Part shown: positions 61,682-64,000 of the stretch, one piece after another | How the letters are laid out: each line of letters starts with the position of its first letter | How positions within the stretch are numbered: the stretch's first letter is position 1 | Assembly: GCA_026396515.1 (NCBI GenBank) | Contig: JAPLWQ010000005.1 | Coordinates: 8,011-72,010, forward strand | Direction: 5' to 3' | DNA from: Candidatus Magasanikiibacteriota bacterium | GTDB taxonomy: Bacteria > Patescibacteriota > Patescibacteriia > Magasanikbacterales > GWA2-37-8 | Length of the DNA: 64,000 bases | Translations under genes and position numbers: made by a program | The notes under the pieces: model-generated | The model's database searches: none | Seen by the model: the letters and a program-made list of their open reading frames with translations, nothing else | What the model was told of the DNA's origin: nothing

Positions 61682-62050
61682 TTAATTGCCATGTGGCTTT
61701 TTCGATGAAATCACATAACCCTCATAAATCATATTGCCATTAATCTTTCTATCTTTAATTTCGGCTCCGCTCCCGATGTCGAGCAACCCAACTATAAGGT
61801 GTTCATCGATCGGTAATATGCCGACTCTAGCAATAGTATTTAGCTCTTCGTCGGTAAAGTACTTCTTCATTAGAGCCAAAAAACTAGTAAATATATCTCC
61901 ACTGTTTTTTTCGTTCACCCAGCTCGCTGACAAAATAATAGACCATTTATCTATAAGCTCATCCATTTTCATGATAGCCAAAACATTAACACTGTTTTTC
62001 TGTGCTTTTTCAAAGTCAACTAAAATTGATTGTAACTTCTTGTCTAGCAT
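61682..62050 (-). CDS. Hypothetical protein, downstream partner of the HEPN-like gene
   Basis: 122 aa, overlapping the upstream gene by 7 nt. No nucleotidyltransferase motif is present. Confidence 0.4.
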   Translation of the reverse strand: MLDKKLQSILVDFEKAQKNSVNVLAIMKMDELIDKWSIILSASWVNEKNSGDIFTSFLALMKKYFTDEELNTIARVGILPIDEHLIVGLLDIGSGAEIKDRKINGNMIYEGYVISSKKPHGN

Positions 62051-62493
62051 TTTTTTTGCCTATTAATTATTGTCATAATACCATATTTACCCGGCTTCTT
62101 ACAAATCAAACTATCGAGTAATTGGGGTACGTTCGTTTCGTTGAAGGTATTAAGCCTTGCCATGTCATACCTCATGGAAATCCAGTCACCCTGATAATAC
62201 TTAGTAAAATCAGACCACACTTGGAACCCAATACCGCGAGGACCAAAGATATGTCCAAGCCCGGAAAGTCTCAAAAGTCTATCAAAACTATGCGTTAAAA
62301 ACCACGCATCATCTTTGGGATGGTCCGGGTATTTCTCAAGATGTAGTGTTTTACAAATAACTGATTTTAAAATGCATTCAAGCGCATTGCCCATTATATA
62401 GCCCGAACCCTGCCAGTCATGCGCGTTCATTAAAACAATCGCAGACTTTATGCGCGCCTTACAAATTAACTTTAGTTCGTGTCCATTTGCCAT
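62044..62493 (-). CDS. HEPN-like domain protein
   Basis: 149 aa with a helical N-terminus (AIVLMNAHDWQGSGYIMGNALECILKSVI) and an R-x5-H motif (RLSGLGH). Confidence 0.4.
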   Translation of the reverse strand: MANGHELKLICKARIKSAIVLMNAHDWQGSGYIMGNALECILKSVICKTLHLEKYPDHPKDDAWFLTHSFDRLLRLSGLGHIFGPRGIGFQVWSDFTKYYQGDWISMRYDMARLNTFNETNVPQLLDSLICKKPGKYGIMTIINRQKKC

Positions 62494-62993
62494 CTAATTG
62501 ACAATTACATTACCAAAGCGCCCCGTTTTCAGTTTGGATAGCATACCGTATCAGCAGATTATTAGCAAGACATGTTTGCATAAAGAAATGTTCCCACTTC
62601 GTCCCATACACCCCGCAAAAATCCGGCTGCCTTATTGGCAACCGGATTTTTGTTGGGGCGGAAGCGAGCAAATAGTTTTGCTCGCGTCGGGACGAGAACG
62701 CCGGAGCGATGTCGCGCGACGCATTCTGGCGAGCGCGACCGCGAGGCGGTGGCTAGGCAAAATTTTCGGAAGAAAATTTTAGCCGAAGCCGAGTCCCGTC
62801 CGACCCGCTCCGCATTAATGCTTTTCAATTGAGAGGCGTTATTTTTTTTACAAAAAAAGGCTCCGAGTGCGTTCGGTGTAAGAGAAGAATCAAAGGAGGG
62901 GGTGATTCCACCATACACCAAACACATTCGGAGCCCTTAAATTTTTACATTTTTAATTTAGCACTATTTCGGTTCCTTGTCAAGGGTCGCTGC

Positions 62994-63341
62994 CTATTTT
63001 TTTGCGGCTGCGATAATCGCTTCAAACGCTTTTGGCATTTTTTCAGCAATTTCCACCAAAACCTTGCGGTTCAGACCGATACCTTTCTTTTTGAGCAGTC
63101 CGATAAACTTGCTGTAGCTTAAATCATAAGCGCGAACCGCAGCGTTGATATTCACATTCCAGTTGGCGCGGAAAAGACGCTTCTTTAATCGGCGTCCGAC
63201 AAAAGCATGAGCGCCGGCTTTCATTTTTGCCACTTTGGCCACTTTGATTTTTGATTTTCTACCCCAGCGATAACCCTTGGTGTGTTTTAGGATGCCGCGG
63301 CGATGCTTGGTGTGTGTAAGGCCGCCTTTAATTCTTGCCAT
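62994..63341 (-). CDS. rplT: 50S ribosomal protein L20
   Basis: The sequence begins MARIKGGLTHTKHRRGILKHTKGYRWGRK. Confidence 0.95.
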   Translation of the reverse strand: MARIKGGLTHTKHRRGILKHTKGYRWGRKSKIKVAKVAKMKAGAHAFVGRRLKKRLFRANWNVNINAAVRAYDLSYSKFIGLLKKKGIGLNRKVLVEIAEKMPKAFEAIIAAAKK

Positions 63342-63342
63342 A

Positions 63343-63537
63343 TTATTTTGCGATATTATCTTTTACAAAATGATGCATTGTTTTGCTAAGCACAAGGTCC
63401 GAGCGCTTGTTACGGCGCACATTGCCGGTCTCGCGGCTGTTATAGTGCGCTTGACCACTGGTGCGCTTTATTACTTTTCCGGTTTTGGTTACGCGGAAGC
63501 GCTTGCTGATTGATTTTTTTGTCTTCATTTTTCCCAT
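63343..63537 (-). CDS. rpmI: 50S ribosomal protein L35
   Basis: 64 aa, beginning MGKMKTKKSISKRFRVTKTGKV. Confidence 0.9.
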   Translation of the reverse strand: MGKMKTKKSISKRFRVTKTGKVIKRTSGQAHYNSRETGNVRRNKRSDLVLSKTMHHFVKDNIAK

Positions 63538-63568
63538 ATCTTTGAATTAATTTTTTGTATAAAAGGAT

Positions 63569-64000
63569 TTATGATTTAAAAATCGTGGCAGTAATGGTGT
63601 TGCCCTGGCGTTCGCTTTCCTGATCGAATTTAACGGATACCTCGGCCGTGATAGTGGCAAGGAATTTTCGCAAAAGATCAAAGGCGAGCGCGGCCTGCTG
63701 CATTTCACGTCCGCGCAAGACAACATCTATCTTCACTTTGTCGCCGCTATTTAAGAATTCAATAATCTGTTTTCGGCGGATTTCCATATCATGCGCCCCA
63801 ATGCGCAGAGATAGTCGCGAACATTTTGTTTTGGAAACGTGTTGATGCGCCTTGCGGATGCGCGAGGCCTTTTCCTGCTGGTACTGATACTGCCCGAAAT
63901 TCATGATTTTAGCAACCGGCGGATCAGTTTTCGGATTTATTTCCACCAGGTCAAGCTCTTGCTCGCGGGCGGCTCGGATCGCTTCACCCGTATTCATTTC
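63569..64000 (-). CDS. infC: Translation initiation factor IF-3 (5' end lies beyond the window)
   Basis: Contains EAIRAAREQELDLVEINPKTDPPVAKIMNFGQYQYQ and sits in the infC-rpmI-rplT operon order. Confidence 0.9.
   Translation of the reverse strand, partial: EMNTGEAIRAAREQELDLVEINPKTDPPVAKIMNFGQYQYQQEKASRIRKAHQHVSKTKCSRLSLRIGAHDMEIRRKQIIEFLNSGDKVKIDVVLRGREMQQAALAFDLLRKFLATITAEVSVKFDQESERQGNTITATIFKS

Larger units (their letters stand above)
55937..62808. mobile_element. ~6.9-kb integrated element in the 3' end of tRNA-Asp. It carries a serine recombinase, an RCR Rep, a Type II R-M pair, a HEPN-like pair and hypothetical proteins
   Basis: A 19-bp direct repeat cgagtcccgtccgacccgc occurs at 55919-55937 (the tRNA 3' end) and at 62790-62808. 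The recombinase gene reads into the tRNA. The interior is more AT-rich than the flanks. Confidence 0.75.

Overview
This 64-kb window looks like a compact, small-genome bacterial chromosome, most likely a Candidate Phyla Radiation (Patescibacteria)-like organism. That assignment is an inference from a >3,270-aa Cys-rich LamG/VWA adhesin-like protein, archaeal-type PyrH and Elp3 homologs, a type IV pilus cluster and very tight gene packing.

The housekeeping backbone reads clearly:
- ybeY-dgkA, ftsA, ftsZ, nrdR, pyk, glyA, folD and pyrH.
- rplJ-rplL with the L10 leader, cysS, and a pilM / response regulator / pilin / pilD cluster.
- ligA, ppsA, typA, tRNA-Val, tRNA-Asp, and a partial infC-rpmI-rplT operon.

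The accessory content is richer than usual:
1. A ~6.9-kb integrated element sits in the 3' end of tRNA-Asp and is bounded by a 19-bp direct repeat. It carries a large serine recombinase, a two-tyrosine HUH rolling-circle Rep, a Type II restriction-modification pair, a HEPN-like two-gene module and hypothetical proteins.
2. A ~110-nt module from the right end of that element recurs directly downstream of tRNA-Val, with its own 20-nt tRNA-derived direct repeat. This looks like a remnant or miniature of the same element family.
3. Two YhbQ-type GIY-YIG nuclease ORFs are present. One is wedged against tRNA-Val with a partial duplication of the tRNA 5' half. The other is bounded by ~19-bp inverted repeats, and an empty copy of the same inverted-repeat unit sits elsewhere.
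4. An 87-bp palindromic repeat is inserted in frame in the Elp3-like gene.
5. An ECF sigma / anti-sigma / 1,200-aa Ig-like surface protein locus is preceded by three 20-bp palindromic operators and a divergent HTH gene.
6. Several intergenic regions hold candidate structured RNAs, including a 6S-like rod, and a terminator element repeated in reverse complement.

No CRISPR array or rRNA gene is present.
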